Below, one piece after another: positions 62,940 through 64,000 of a stretch of 64,000 bases of DNA. The stretch lies in NCBI GenBank assembly GCA_963745235.1, contig CAVUXE010000015.1, forward strand, positions 1 through 64,000, in the 5' to 3' direction. Source of the stretch: an uncultured Spirochaetota bacterium. GTDB lineage: Bacteria > Spirochaetota > Spirochaetia > SZUA-6 > Fen-1364. The first letter of the stretch is position 1. The number at the start of each line of letters is the position of its first letter. The notes beneath the pieces were generated by a model that saw nothing but the letters and a program-made list of their open reading frames with translations, did not search any database and had not been told where the DNA came from. The translations under genes and the position numbers were made by a program.

Positions 62940-64000
62940 CAGCGGAGGGCGGCGTGGTGACCGGTGGCCTGGTCACCGTTCGGCTGGTGACCCGTCGCCC
63001 GGTGGACGGTCCGCCGGCCGCTGGTCGATCTGGTCGGTTCGCCGCCAGAAGGCCGTAGAGCAGCTCGCTCGCCAGCCGACGCGAATCCACGGGTCCCGCC
63101 GCATGAATCCCCGTCTGCACCTTACCCTCCGGGTCCCAAGACGTGTGTCGAAAGAAAGCGGTGCCGGGAGGAAGGTCCCGACCGCCTGCCAGGCAGATGC
63201 GGGAAAGCTCCTCCAGGAGAGACTTCAGGTCGCGGCGGCCCGCAAGCTCCGCAAGCCTCTTCAGGAGATACGCGGTCTCGTTGCCGGCAAAAAGCAGCCG
63301 TTGTCGCGCGAAGGAATCCACGACGGTCCCGTCCAGGGGCGGCTCCCCGGGTGCTCGCTCGGCATCCCGGTGAACCCGTATCCAGGGAAGAATGAGTGAG
63401 GCAAACAGCCGGGCGCTTTCCGCTGACCTGGCGGTGGCAGAGGCGCCGCCCGCTTTCGGCTCCGCGGGTCTGTACCCGCGCCGGCGCAGCTCGACGAACA
63501 ACCTCACGACGAGCCGGGAGGCTTCGGAATCCGCGTCGCGCCCGGGTCGTGAGGTCGGCGGATGGAATGCGTCCCAGGGAACCCCGGCGAAACGCTCTGC
63601 AATGACACCCTGCGCCTTCTTGTAGCGGTCCTTCCCGAGCCGATCCAGGACGCGGCAAAGGGGGAAGAAGATCTCCCATCCGCGGATGTCCCCCGCTTCC
63701 TGCGCGCCGCGGCGCAGCCGCGCGTCCCAATTGCCGAACGTTGGCGCCTCTGCCGGCGAGCACAGGCTTGCAGGCACGGCGCAGCGACCCCTGTCGTCCA
63801 CGAATAGGTCAACGAACCGTTGCCCGGCGAGGAAATACTTCTCGAAGGGAAGCCCCTCTCCCTCGAGGTCTTCCGCGAGCATGAGAAGGAGATCGGCTAT
63901 CCGCGCCGAATGAGGGACGGAGAGCACGGGGCGGGACTGCTGGCCCCTGACGCCGTGCCATTTCCCATCGCCCCGGTGGAAGCTCTCGTAGAACAGGCCG
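62878..64000 (-). CDS. Hypothetical protein, 5' end beyond the window
   Basis: The frame of ORF 62878..63927 stays open to the window edge (GLFYESFHRGDGKW...). No recognised family; 3' end uncertain. Confidence 0.5.
   Translation of the reverse strand, partial: GLFYESFHRGDGKWHGVRGQQSRPVLSVPHSARIADLLLMLAEDLEGEGLPFEKYFLAGQRFVDLFVDDRGRCAVPASLCSPAEAPTFGNWDARLRRGAQEAGDIRGWEIFFPLCRVLDRLGKDRYKKAQGVIAERFAGVPWDAFHPPTSRPGRDADSEASRLVVRLFVELRRRGYRPAEPKAGGASATARSAESARLFASLILPWIRVHRDAERAPGEPPLDGTVVDSFARQRLLFAGNETAYLLKRLAELAGRRDLKSLLEELSRICLAGGRDLPPGTAFFRHTSWDPEGKVQTGIHAAGPVDSRRLASELLYGLLAANRPDRPAAGGPSTGRRVTSRTVTRPPVTTPPSAAKPSARSGRGARSRKPSGKP

Overview
GC-rich bacterial window, probably from a free-living spirochaete. 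That assignment is inferred from CheX, the long MCPs and the lipoprotein style. Many genes carry single-base indels, which suggests an unpolished long-read assembly. From left to right the window holds: a ribose-type ABC transporter; a decayed island edge with a tRNA-Arg(CCT) 3' remnant and an AbiEii-type toxin-antitoxin pair; a large chemosensory region (MCP, cheW, PAS kinases, and cheY-cheX-cheA::cheC-cheD-cheR-cheB-HD-GYP) with three sigma54-type promoters; an accessory stretch (SARP/NB-ARC regulator, broken haloperoxidase ending in a 117-bp repeat, ISAzo13 element); a LacI sugar regulon with three identical operators; two dCache MCPs behind a fourth sigma54-type promoter; a group II intron; a TetR/WYL/VOC/EVE cluster; RACo; and nadE. 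The most notable features are (1) a [FeFe]-hydrogenase-MCP fusion directly followed by a Cyc2-like cytochrome-porin and its own CcsBA maturation genes, and (2) a CheA-CheC fusion in a sigma54-driven che operon that ends in a c-di-GMP phosphodiesterase.
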